Source: a virus
Reading direction: 5' to 3' (one strand)
Length of the DNA stretch: 64,000 bases
IMG/VR virus record: IMGVR_UViG_3300042389_001739
Span: 15,723 to 79,722 of that record
Below the pieces are notes generated by a model. That model was not told where the DNA came from and ran no database searches. It saw only the letters and a program-made list of their open reading frames with translations. The translations under genes were made by a program, and so were the position numbers. Within the stretch, counting starts at the first letter, position 1; each line of letters starts with the position of its first letter. Positions 19,692-28,879 of the stretch are shown here, piece after piece.

Positions 19692-22600
19692 GCTTTGCCT
19701 TTCCGCTTACGCCATAGCTCATAGGACTTGTCCTCCAGGTTTCGTTGTGGTCTGACTTTGGTTGCCGCCACGATCGATCGTTGCGGCTTTGTTGGGGCAT
19801 CTTTGCTGTACGTTACCACACAACCCTCCGCCCCGCCGTGTCCGGTCGGCAGGCCGCGTTCTACCGCCTCGGCATAAACTAGCTTTTCGCCCCAATAGTT
19901 CATCACCTCGGCTTCGATACCAAGATAATACGGACCGTCTCCTGTCGGAATCCCCTCCAAAGTACTGGGGTAAATCGGCACGGCCTTCCGCATGTAAGTC
20001 GGCAAAACATATTCGCAGACGTGTTTAACGTACCTGTCCGGCACTTCCAATAAAATGGCGTCATGAATCTGCAGCACGACGTTAAAGAGATTATGCCCCT
20101 TTTTAGCCTGGCGTAGCTTGTAATCATAAAGATAAGCCAACGCACGCGACACCGCACTGGCGATCATGGACTGAATCGGGAAGTTCATGGCTTGGCGCCC
20201 AAACTCCGCCCGCAGAGCCTGATCCCGACTGGAATCCGGAAACCGCCGGAAGCGGCCGTAGCAGTTACAAAGCCAGCGACTTTTAACTTGTTCCTGCGTG
20301 TTTTCGTCCGTGTAGGTACCTGCGGCCCGGTCCTGACACTCCTGAAAGAAAGGTCGCAGTTTAGGATACATTTCGAAAATAGCGTTGATCACGGCTTGCG
20401 CTTCATCAACAGAAATGTCAATTTTCTGCTCCTTTGCGGCCACGGCAATCGCCTTAGCCCCTCGCCCGTAGGCGATTCCGAAAATCACGGACTTGGCCAC
20501 AATCCGGATATGCTTTTTGCCAATGGCTTCCAGCCCACTTTTGGTGGGCGGACACTGCAGTTTAAAAGCAAAAACCGCCACATTGCTGTGGATGTCGTAG
20601 TAATCCGGATGATCTTCCGGCAACTGATTCCGCTGCGCGTGCGCAATCATATTCGGATCACCCGACATTACCGCCATCCCGAACAGTTCGGCGCCGACAT
20701 AGTCGGCTTCCACCAGCACATGTCCCGGTGACGCTTTAAGCACGCTTCTCAGACTATATTTGTAATGCTCGCCAAGCAACCGCTTGTAGTCCGGATCGCG
20801 TTGCTTGGAGATATTCTGCAGATTCGGTCGAGCACTGGACCAACGGCCAGTTTCCTTAGTCTGATAAATGTGGGTTCGTACTTTACCGTCATCGCAAACC
20901 AGTGAAGCCAACCCATCCTCGTATTCCATGTAACCGTCTTCGTTGTACTTTGCCTCCTCGGTCTTGTCGTCACGGCTGGGCGGACGCAGTACTGTCTTTA
21001 ATACCTGATCAAGAAACCGATAATCCCGCAGCATGTCGATCAGACGCGCCTGATGCTCGTGTTCGGCGTCTTGTGCCAGTAGCGACAGCGCCTGTTTATT
21101 GGTAGAAGGCGAGTGGTTGTACTCCTGCTGCTGTCGCTTAATCTCCAGCCAGGGTCGCGGTGGTTTGGAGGTGTCAAAAACCGGGGTCAGTTTAAGCGAA
21201 GTTGCCCCTGGTGGTCGAATCTTGACCTCTTTCCCGGTTTCCTTGTTAATCCGGCCGTTGAGTTTTTCTCCGAATAAAAACTCCCGAACGTGCTGTGTCG
21301 AACGCACGTTGAACTCTGGCCAGTTAATTTCCGCTTTAAGTCGATTTTCCAGGTCTGCCCGTGCGTCCATAAACCGGGCCGTAAGAAAATCCACGCGGGA
21401 GCGGTCGACCATGATCCCGGTGCGGTGAATTTCCAACACCGCCGGGGTAGCAATCTGAGATTCCCAAAAGGCCTCCCGGCAGTTATTACCTTCGTAATCT
21501 TCATCCAGCAACAAGTCGAATTTGTAGAACAACCGCAAGGTTACGTCCGCGTCGTACATACCGTACGGCAGAAGAATTTCGTCAGGGCACATGCCGTACC
21601 CTTCGAGATCGCTGCTGCTCAGACCCTGCTGGCGACAGTAATCAATCTTCCACTTATCCAGCTCCCGGTCATAACGCGGTGCAGTGGTGTAACGCATGGC
21701 AAGCGTTTCCAGATTGTACTTGGCCGTCTCCTCGATAGCATGTGCCATCAAACCAGTGTCAGCACCGCCCTCGTATTTGGTGCGATACCAGGCGGGAACA
21801 ACTTCACCCGCTTTGAAACCATCCTCCGCATACAACTTATGCAGCTTGGTGCCAGGCACCAGCGTGTAGTCGTAGAGCGGTGCCATGAAACATTCCTGCA
21901 GGTCGATGCCATAATCAACCAGCCACTCCAAGTCCGCGTTAAAGAAGTGCCCAATCACGCGTTTGCGGCGAAATTCAACAGCACCGTTTGCATGCTCGTA
22001 ACGGCCGCCCTTGAAAAAAACGTTAAGGAGTTTAATCGTTTCCTGCAAAATACCGCGTGCATTGGTTTCCTGCGGTGTGCCGCAAAAACCAAGCGTTACG
22101 TCACCCCCGGCGTCATGCAGTTTGATCCCGATCGCATGTTTTGGTCGCCAGGCAAACTGAATTGTGCGCATGTAGGTGTCGTGGTTGACCGGATGCTGAC
22201 CGTGCCACTCCGCATCCACCGCAATCACATCGTCAGACTTTTCAGGATCCTGCTCGATGTTTACCAGCAGATCAAACAACTGTGCGTGATTATCGACCAC
22301 TACGTGATTGACCGTTTCGGTTTCGCCTAAATCTGCGCCTCGCAGCAAAGCCGCAAACCGGGCTAAACCACTTTCCAGCTGACGGAGTGCGGATTGATCA
22401 CGGATGACCTGTTTGGGATGGACCACGGTAATGACTTTGGCTTCCTGCCAGCTGGTTTCAGCCAGTTCCGCAGTGTACGCCGTGTTATACCGAAAAGTAC
22501 CAACTTGACCCAGCATATCCGTAACGCTGGCTTGCGGACCAAGTATGGCTTTACTGGCATCTGTGCCCAGACAGAGAATGTACTTGGGCTGTACGATTTT

Positions 22601-23254
22601 AATTTCCTGCATCAACAGGTGCATGCCGTCGTTGACCCAGGAAGCTTTTAACGTTGTCTTGAAGTTTGGGGGCTTAAACTTGACCAGGTGTGTCAGGTAA
22701 AAGTCATCCAGCCGCTCAATCTTCAACCGCTGCATTAAATCGAACAGGAGCTCGCCGTCTGCGTCGCTGAGGCAGGCTTTATACTCCAGTTCCGTATCCC
22801 AGGGGTTTTTATTGATAATCATCACGCGTGCGGGGCGAGGTCCCGCGATGTCCAAGTGTTTAAGCGATTGCCCTCGCAAGTGACCCGGTAAAAACTTTGC
22901 GATTTTTTCCTGATGCGGTCCGACTTCCACCGGCATGGAAAAGTCGACCGTCCGCAATGCCCGCTGAATCAGGCGCTGCAAATCTTCGCTGTACTCCAGC
23001 TGCCGCACCTTTTTATCCTGCGCGTTTTTAACCTCTACAATTTTGCTCTTAGTGTCACCCAGCGCGTTGACGTGCGAAACAAATGACGAATTGGGGGGCA
23101 GTACCGGCAGTCCAGGAGCATCCAGCGGAAAGATTGCGTCGCCCGTATGCATTGCCGCAATACGGGCCGCCTGGCGCTGCTCTAGCAGCAGCGTATTCTT
23201 TACAGGCGGTAAACTACCGTCCCGCATTCCTTTCAATTTACGTGGCGGAATCAT
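19688..23254 (-). CDS. polA: Family A DNA polymerase with N-terminal uracil-DNA-glycosylase-like domain and 3'-5' exonuclease
   Basis: UDG4-like THLVKFKP, EIKIVQPKYILCLG, VVHP; exonuclease VDAEW, GHFFNAD, YGMYDAD; polymerase TGRWSSARPNLQN, ADYVGAEL, KSVIFGIAYG, NFPIQS, QIHDA. Confidence 0.95.
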   Translation of the reverse strand: MIPPRKLKGMRDGSLPPVKNTLLLEQRQAARIAAMHTGDAIFPLDAPGLPVLPPNSSFVSHVNALGDTKSKIVEVKNAQDKKVRQLEYSEDLQRLIQRALRTVDFSMPVEVGPHQEKIAKFLPGHLRGQSLKHLDIAGPRPARVMIINKNPWDTELEYKACLSDADGELLFDLMQRLKIERLDDFYLTHLVKFKPPNFKTTLKASWVNDGMHLLMQEIKIVQPKYILCLGTDASKAILGPQASVTDMLGQVGTFRYNTAYTAELAETSWQEAKVITVVHPKQVIRDQSALRQLESGLARFAALLRGADLGETETVNHVVVDNHAQLFDLLVNIEQDPEKSDDVIAVDAEWHGQHPVNHDTYMRTIQFAWRPKHAIGIKLHDAGGDVTLGFCGTPQETNARGILQETIKLLNVFFKGGRYEHANGAVEFRRKRVIGHFFNADLEWLVDYGIDLQECFMAPLYDYTLVPGTKLHKLYAEDGFKAGEVVPAWYRTKYEGGADTGLMAHAIEETAKYNLETLAMRYTTAPRYDRELDKWKIDYCRQQGLSSSDLEGYGMCPDEILLPYGMYDADVTLRLFYKFDLLLDEDYEGNNCREAFWESQIATPAVLEIHRTGIMVDRSRVDFLTARFMDARADLENRLKAEINWPEFNVRSTQHVREFLFGEKLNGRINKETGKEVKIRPPGATSLKLTPVFDTSKPPRPWLEIKRQQQEYNHSPSTNKQALSLLAQDAEHEHQARLIDMLRDYRFLDQVLKTVLRPPSRDDKTEEAKYNEDGYMEYEDGLASLVCDDGKVRTHIYQTKETGRWSSARPNLQNISKQRDPDYKRLLGEHYKYSLRSVLKASPGHVLVEADYVGAELFGMAVMSGDPNMIAHAQRNQLPEDHPDYYDIHSNVAVFAFKLQCPPTKSGLEAIGKKHIRIVAKSVIFGIAYGRGAKAIAVAAKEQKIDISVDEAQAVINAIFEMYPKLRPFFQECQDRAAGTYTDENTQEQVKSRWLCNCYGRFRRFPDSSRDQALRAEFGRQAMNFPIQSMIASAVSRALAYLYDYKLRQAKKGHNLFNVVLQIHDAILLEVPDRYVKHVCEYVLPTYMRKAVPIYPSTLEGIPTGDGPYYLGIEAEVMNYWGEKLVYAEAVERGLPTGHGGAEGCVVTYSKDAPTKPQRSIVAATKVRPQRNLEDKSYELWRKRKGKA

Positions 23255-23260
23255 TCAACG

Positions 23261-24349
23261 TTATCTCCTTTGTGCCGAAACTTGTACATTTTGCTCACGT
23301 GCCTGCTGCATAATGCACTGCCAGATGTGTGATCTTAACGACTCGCCTGGGTCACAATCACCTGGCAGCTGCACAATGCAAAATCCGGAATTTAAATCTG
23401 CGTTAAGCCTGGCGGCAATTTCTTTGAGGTTTTCTCCTTTTTGCGCATTATTGGGTTTGGCAAAGATATCCGGATCGTAAATCAACACCCCGGAATACTC
23501 GTTGAAATTTTGTTTGAACAAAGCTTGTTGTTGTGGTGTAAACGAAGCGCCCAAGGTGCAAACCGCTTGCGGACCCACTCGCCACACGTCTGTTACGCCT
23601 TCAACGATTACACCGGTTCTGTACTGCCGAGCCTTGCCCAGATTGTACAAAAGCTGACGCCTCGGCGTACCAGGGGCTGTGTAATATTTCGGTTCGTTGG
23701 AAACTTTCCAGTCGATGTCGTAAGGCGGACGTGTCTGCCACCCTACCATTTTTTTCTGGCGGTAAATCGGGATGACCATACGGTCTGCACAAAACGGTCG
23801 GGAACTTTCATGGCACCAGTGCACATTATAAAACCGCCCAATTTGTTCGGGATCAAACTGGCGGCTTTCTAAATAAACTCGTGCCTTATGATCTGCCGGT
23901 AAACGATCCAGGCGAGTTACCTTGCCCGGCCAGTTCATCCGGATTGAATCCACATCGATAGTCTTACCCGGTTGAATAACAGCCTTGTTGAGTTGAACAA
24001 GACTGTGTCCGCACAGCCATTCGTACAGCTGTTCATACGATTTGGAATCTTTGAGGTTGAGGGGACACCCGGCGTTGAAGCAGGTGGCCAGAAATTTCTG
24101 TGGTCGGCCGAATTCGTCGTCCGTACCGTAACGGTGGTTAATGTAGCAACGGTTACGCGTATCGTTGCAGAAGGGACAACAAACCGCATAATACTCACCA
24201 GGGTGAGTGATCACGGGCACACGCCGCCCAGTAGCGATATCCAGCTGAAGTTTACGCTGCTGGTTTTCTCCTTCGTTCCGAATTTTAACGTGCTTGAACG
24301 TAGTGACGCACCGTCTGTACAGCAGAGAATTTAACGCCTTATTATTCAT
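23261..24349 (-). CDS. dnaG: DNA primase (Zn finger + TOPRIM)
   Basis: CPFCND zinc finger, YLESR, RMVIP, PKYY, VEGVTD, YDPD. Confidence 0.9.
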   Translation of the reverse strand: MNNKALNSLLYRRCVTTFKHVKIRNEGENQQRKLQLDIATGRRVPVITHPGEYYAVCCPFCNDTRNRCYINHRYGTDDEFGRPQKFLATCFNAGCPLNLKDSKSYEQLYEWLCGHSLVQLNKAVIQPGKTIDVDSIRMNWPGKVTRLDRLPADHKARVYLESRQFDPEQIGRFYNVHWCHESSRPFCADRMVIPIYRQKKMVGWQTRPPYDIDWKVSNEPKYYTAPGTPRRQLLYNLGKARQYRTGVIVEGVTDVWRVGPQAVCTLGASFTPQQQALFKQNFNEYSGVLIYDPDIFAKPNNAQKGENLKEIAARLNADLNSGFCIVQLPGDCDPGESLRSHIWQCIMQQAREQNVQVSAQRR

Positions 24350-26003
24350 GGAATTCTAGTTCTTCATCCGAATCCTCATCAAACATACCGGTTTGATTAA
24401 CATTTACTGCGATATTGGGCACTGCAGCGCCGACCAAGTTTGCGGTGGCTTTATCCACAATATTTCCACGGCTATCGATGTGGTAATTATCGGGGGATAA
24501 TACCAAGTTAAACTCACCGTCCACTTTGATAATCGTAGGCGGCAATCGGCGATAGCGACGATGCTTGGTACACATAATCTGGCCCAAGCCTTCCAGGTTT
24601 AAGTTACCAACCACAAACGCAAAGCTAAGATTTTCAGCAAATGACTTGCTACCTTTCGCGTCGGTGTGATGGAGTTTGGCCGTCACGCTTTGTTGTGAAT
24701 TGGCTTCACCGCTTAACTGATGCATCAGCCAGGCGTGACAGTTAAACGGTTTACAAATTTGTTTGACACACAGCTCGCCTGCCTGCTGGTAGGACCGATG
24801 TGTTTCCATGGGATTTTTTGTATTTTTAAGTTTTGAGTCGTTATCGATCATCAGGCCCAAGTAATCGATAATTACGTTCTTGATATAGTACTCCGGACCC
24901 CGTTGCTGTAGTTCTTGTTTAATCCGCTGGACGATCTCGGCCACGCCGCCGTTACCCGCCGTGGGATGTAGCGGATCGGCCCCAGAAAAATCCAAACAAA
25001 GTGTATGCGCGTTGACCCAGTGCTCGATTTCCGCGACTCGTACCCGTTCGGGTTTAAAAACCCCGTCACGAATTTCTGTGGTAAACAACCGCTGCTCGTA
25101 ACTCAGCGGATCGTTTTCGTTATTGTTCAGGGCATCAATCCCGTCTAATCCCATTCGCTCCAGGCTGTAACGACTAACTCGCGAAGAATACATGACCAAC
25201 CGGTGTAGAATTTCTGGTGCCAGTGGTGCCTCGTACGTAACCAGTACGGACAACCCTTTGCGCTGATCCCAGTCCTCTGCCAGTGTGTCTTCGTAACATT
25301 GCTGTGCCGCAGTGGCCCAAAGCATTACCGCTACGGTAGTTTTACAGGTACCGTAAGGTGCCATGAAGCCGTAAGCCTCACCGGCTACCGTACCTCCACC
25401 CAAATAATTGTCCAGAAAACCCAATCCCGTGGAGCGAATCAGCATGGGATTGGTACGAGACCAATCCGGTTTCATCGTCAACGTTGGTCCGGTTTTCTCC
25501 TGCAGCAGGCCGACCAGATCCAACTTAACCTGATGTTGCTGCAACAGAAATGGCAAGTCGTCCAGCGAGGTCTGACGAATATTCTGTTCAAGTGCCTGCC
25601 GCTCATGCTGCAGCATCAGCATGCGACCGACTTTTAGCCCAAACCGATGCATTTTTTGGCCGGTTGCCGGTGACGTAGCAAACAGCTCGGGGTCATAAGC
25701 ATATTCAAAGAAGTCTTCCAGCTCTGCCCGATCCTCTACAGGAATCAGTTCAGGGTCGTCTTCAAAATAACTGGCGATTTCCGTCCAGAGTTCAGGCTGT
25801 GCCGGTATGCTCTGATTCTCTTCGTACAAATTAATCAGTGCACGGAACAGCAATCGATTACTGTCCGTAGTGAAATGTTCAACTGTCAATTTTCCCCAGT
25901 ATTCCTGGAAAAGTGCTTCATTGTGAAGCAGGATTGCCAGAAATAAACGTAAATGGGCAGTTGACAGTCTGGTTGCCGACTGTCTCATACTAATTCCTTT
26001 CAC
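24342..26003 (-). CDS. dnaB: DnaB-like (SF4) replicative helicase
   Basis: STGLGFLD..LGGG, Walker A APYGTCKTT, VTYE, IIDYLG, HQLS, KHR; adjacent to the primase. Confidence 0.88.
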   Translation of the reverse strand: MKGISMRQSATRLSTAHLRLFLAILLHNEALFQEYWGKLTVEHFTTDSNRLLFRALINLYEENQSIPAQPELWTEIASYFEDDPELIPVEDRAELEDFFEYAYDPELFATSPATGQKMHRFGLKVGRMLMLQHERQALEQNIRQTSLDDLPFLLQQHQVKLDLVGLLQEKTGPTLTMKPDWSRTNPMLIRSTGLGFLDNYLGGGTVAGEAYGFMAPYGTCKTTVAVMLWATAAQQCYEDTLAEDWDQRKGLSVLVTYEAPLAPEILHRLVMYSSRVSRYSLERMGLDGIDALNNNENDPLSYEQRLFTTEIRDGVFKPERVRVAEIEHWVNAHTLCLDFSGADPLHPTAGNGGVAEIVQRIKQELQQRGPEYYIKNVIIDYLGLMIDNDSKLKNTKNPMETHRSYQQAGELCVKQICKPFNCHAWLMHQLSGEANSQQSVTAKLHHTDAKGSKSFAENLSFAFVVGNLNLEGLGQIMCTKHRRYRRLPPTIIKVDGEFNLVLSPDNYHIDSRGNIVDKATANLVGAAVPNIAVNVNQTGMFDEDSDEELEFHE

Positions 26004-26785
26004 ACGCCACTTACTGCAAGGATGGACTCCTCGAGAAGTCTGTTCGCCGCCGCACGAAACCCTGGTGGAATAACGCTACCCCAGGCCTCGTCATAGAGAT
26101 CCGGAAATAGTGTGTAATCCATCGCCGCCAGGAACTTGTACCGCTCGCCAAGCTTTTCCAGCTTGGCGCAGTGCAAATCGTTTTTGTCGGTTGCCTGAAT
26201 TTTCTCGCTTGTCGATATTGCCAGGCAATAGCGAAAAAGCGGTGATAACTCCAGTCGGTCATCCGCAATGGCGTAATATACCGACAAAGAGAGCGTATGA
26301 CCAGCCCCCTTTTGCAGCCGCACAACCGCCGAGCGCGCACGCTGGCTTTCGGCGATGTACTGCTGCCGCAATTCAGTTTTGCTCGCATTTACATGCTCAC
26401 GCACCAGATCGAACCAGACCGAACTGGCTAACTGTTGCACCGTGGGTACGGTTAAAGCGGAACCGCGCAAAACTCGAAACAGCAGCCGCAGGTAATACGC
26501 AGGCGCAATGGATTGCGCGCTTTGAATCTTGGCGTAAGCTTTGATCCAGGCGTTCTGCCGTTCCGGTTCTTCTGGCGTGTTAAATTGCTTTAATCCATCG
26601 AAATTGGGCGAAGGCGTGTAATGAGATACCCCGCCATGGCGAAACTGCTCTAAAACTCGCCTTTCTAAAATGTAGGTGTTTTTAAACCCTTGAATTTCCG
26701 GCGTCAGTTGGTGTGATCCGCGCAGCGATCGTTGGCCGGGCTTGGAATAAAGTCCCGGGATCGGTTGGCGTCTGAAGTTTCGCAT
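26000..26785 (-). CDS. Hypothetical protein in the replication operon
   Basis: 261 aa, coupled to the helicase gene. Confidence 0.75.
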   Translation of the reverse strand: MRNFRRQPIPGLYSKPGQRSLRGSHQLTPEIQGFKNTYILERRVLEQFRHGGVSHYTPSPNFDGLKQFNTPEEPERQNAWIKAYAKIQSAQSIAPAYYLRLLFRVLRGSALTVPTVQQLASSVWFDLVREHVNASKTELRQQYIAESQRARSAVVRLQKGAGHTLSLSVYYAIADDRLELSPLFRYCLAISTSEKIQATDKNDLHCAKLEKLGERYKFLAAMDYTLFPDLYDEAWGSVIPPGFRAAANRLLEESILAVSGV

Positions 26786-26792
26786 AAGTCCC

Positions 26793-28289
26793 TCACATCA
26801 ATTGACTATCCAGTGCGGTTGTCGGCGGCTTGATCTGCTCAAACCCCATGGCAACATAAGTCGATTCACGACCTTTTGCCTGACTGGCCATTTTTGGATT
26901 GAATTGATCCCGATAGTCATGGACGATGCCGTATTCTTTCCCTTCCGCCACGCGAGAAACCCGGCCAGGAATTTGGATATCACCAATAACGCTTGAACCT
27001 CCGGCGGCCCTGATCAACACAGTCAGTTGGTTAAAACTGACACCCACATTCCAAACTGTCGTACAGATTACTTTTTTCAATCTACCTTTTTCAAAATCTT
27101 GAGTCAGCTGAATTCGCCGATCGACATCCATCAGCGGTTCATCCTGACTGCAACAACCACGATTTACATAGTCTTGACGAGTCTTTGGTGTCAGCCCGCT
27201 TTCCCTATATACAAGTGTAAACTCTGGAAGCCGCTTTTTTAACTGCATTGCGTGCTCCAGCGTATCGACAGTAATCAACACTTGTGTATTTCGATCATAA
27301 AGCCGCGCATCCCGTGCAATCGTGTCGTTACGGAAATCATTACACCAGATACCGTAGCGTTTCTTTTCAATGTCTTCCCGTGACTCGCACGGATCGTAAT
27401 CGCTTCGCACGTTGGACCAGATGACGTGTATGGGTACCACCAACTTGGCCTGCTGTGCCTGTTGATAACTCACCGAAAAAATAATCGGACCAAAGATTCC
27501 GTGCATACGGAGATCTCTGCCGTCAAACCGCTTGTCGTGACTGGCTGACAACCCAAAGTTTCGACTGTTCTGCCACCGTACCAGCTGCGCGGCAGTCCGA
27601 TCGGTAGCCAATTCCTGTATTTCGTCGCCAATCATGATGTCGGCAGTAGCCGGAGAGTGGTGGGCAGAATCTGCCGTGTAACACATCACTCGCCTGTTTA
27701 ATTCTTTTTTAGATCCGCCCACGATTCCAACATCACCTACCATCTGCACTAACTCCGGATAAATCCGATCTCGCAGCACAGACACCCGGCGAGTAATCAC
27801 ATCAATCTTGGCACGCGGAAACAACGAAGCAATCAAGCCGATCATAAAAGATTTGCCAAAACCAGGCGCGCAATCAAAACGGCCGCAGCGATGCGTCAAC
27901 ACTTTCTGCAAAAATTCAGGCTGACCTTCTCGCAGCTGGTAACCTTGAATGTTCTCCCAATGTGGTTCAAATTTTTTAGCGTCCCCTGGCATCTGATCTT
28001 TCAGGCGGACTTCGTAACCATGCTGCCGCAGCTCGTCGCGAATCAGCTTCCAAAAGCCAAACGTAGTCGTCAACCGCTGATGGCGGTCTGCCTCAAATAA
28101 CACATGGTTGATGAACTCGATCGGAGACAAATTCAGCCGTTTTCGCTGTTTGGCTTCATACCCGTAGAAAATCTTCTTTTCTTGAAATGTTAAAACCGGC
28201 TGCAGAATCCGAACTATGCGGTCTGTCGTGGGTTCCAGGCAAAGCATGTTGCCATGCTTCAGCATTGTTACAACAGGCTTTGTGCTCAT
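26793..28289 (-). CDS. Superfamily 2 helicase (UvsW/XPB-like)
   Basis: APGFGKS, GDEIQ, GLSAS, VWNVGV, QIPGRVSR motifs. Confidence 0.88.
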   Translation of the reverse strand: MSTKPVVTMLKHGNMLCLEPTTDRIVRILQPVLTFQEKKIFYGYEAKQRKRLNLSPIEFINHVLFEADRHQRLTTTFGFWKLIRDELRQHGYEVRLKDQMPGDAKKFEPHWENIQGYQLREGQPEFLQKVLTHRCGRFDCAPGFGKSFMIGLIASLFPRAKIDVITRRVSVLRDRIYPELVQMVGDVGIVGGSKKELNRRVMCYTADSAHHSPATADIMIGDEIQELATDRTAAQLVRWQNSRNFGLSASHDKRFDGRDLRMHGIFGPIIFSVSYQQAQQAKLVVPIHVIWSNVRSDYDPCESREDIEKKRYGIWCNDFRNDTIARDARLYDRNTQVLITVDTLEHAMQLKKRLPEFTLVYRESGLTPKTRQDYVNRGCCSQDEPLMDVDRRIQLTQDFEKGRLKKVICTTVWNVGVSFNQLTVLIRAAGGSSVIGDIQIPGRVSRVAEGKEYGIVHDYRDQFNPKMASQAKGRESTYVAMGFEQIKPPTTALDSQLM

Positions 28290-28332
28290 TTTTACCTTCC
28301 AATTGCTTTATTTTAGATGTTGAGTTACAATA

Positions 28333-28399
28333 TGCATCGGTTGAGCGAAACGCCCTACCGCTGCACGATTATACCGTCCAGGTTTCGCCGCCTGGACGG
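28333..28399 (-). other. Two tandem hairpins separated by TATAAT (terminator/leader or small RNA)
   Basis: CCGTCCAGG/CCTGGACGG stem 28374-28399; TATAAT at 28368-28373; second stem TGCA-GCGGT-GGGCG/CGCTC-ACCG-TGCA 28333-28366. Confidence 0.5.
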
Positions 28400-28879
28400 C
28401 TATTCTTTAAATTTTTGACGGCGCAAATGAAATTCAACTACCTGATAATGCCCGTACTGCCCCGGCTGCCAGGGTGATAATCCTTTGTATTTTCCTGCAA
28501 TCTGTAATAACGACCAAAAATCAGCATCGTCAATTTCACTGGGCACAATGCAATTCAGCCCAATGGTTTGCCCGGTTTTAAGTGATTCATGCACACTCCA
28601 CCGTTCTTTACCGTTATTGGTTTTCGGATAATAATGGCGGGCGAAGCAGTTTGGATGCAACTTGGCATCAATCTCGATATCCCAGCAAATTTTTTTAACT
28701 GTTTCCTGATGTCTGCCCAGCATATCCGCAGCAAGCACCATGTTGCTGTAGTGCCACGTAGGTAAAAACAAAATCTTGTTATCCAGGCTGCGCTGAAACG
28801 TATATCGGCCGTTTGGACCTTTTTGATTGCCCAGACTCGGATTTGTAAACTGGATTTTTACCGTCAGCTCACGCATCAT
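28400..28879 (-). CDS. Minimal RAMP-superfamily (Cas7-like) protein
   Basis: beta1 ELTVKIQFTNPSLG, R..NKILFLP.W...M..AA, HESL..GQTI and C-terminal Gly loop AGKYKGLSPWQPGQYGHYQV follow RAMP motif order. Confidence 0.55.
   Translation of the reverse strand: MMRELTVKIQFTNPSLGNQKGPNGRYTFQRSLDNKILFLPTWHYSNMVLAADMLGRHQETVKKICWDIEIDAKLHPNCFARHYYPKTNNGKERWSVHESLKTGQTIGLNCIVPSEIDDADFWSLLQIAGKYKGLSPWQPGQYGHYQVVEFHLRRQKFKE

Noticed and set aside
19688-23254. Intein or intron in the long PolA
   Set aside because: The length is explained by the UDG-like domain and small insertions; no C...HN-C/S/T splice motifs or LAGLIDADG blocks seen
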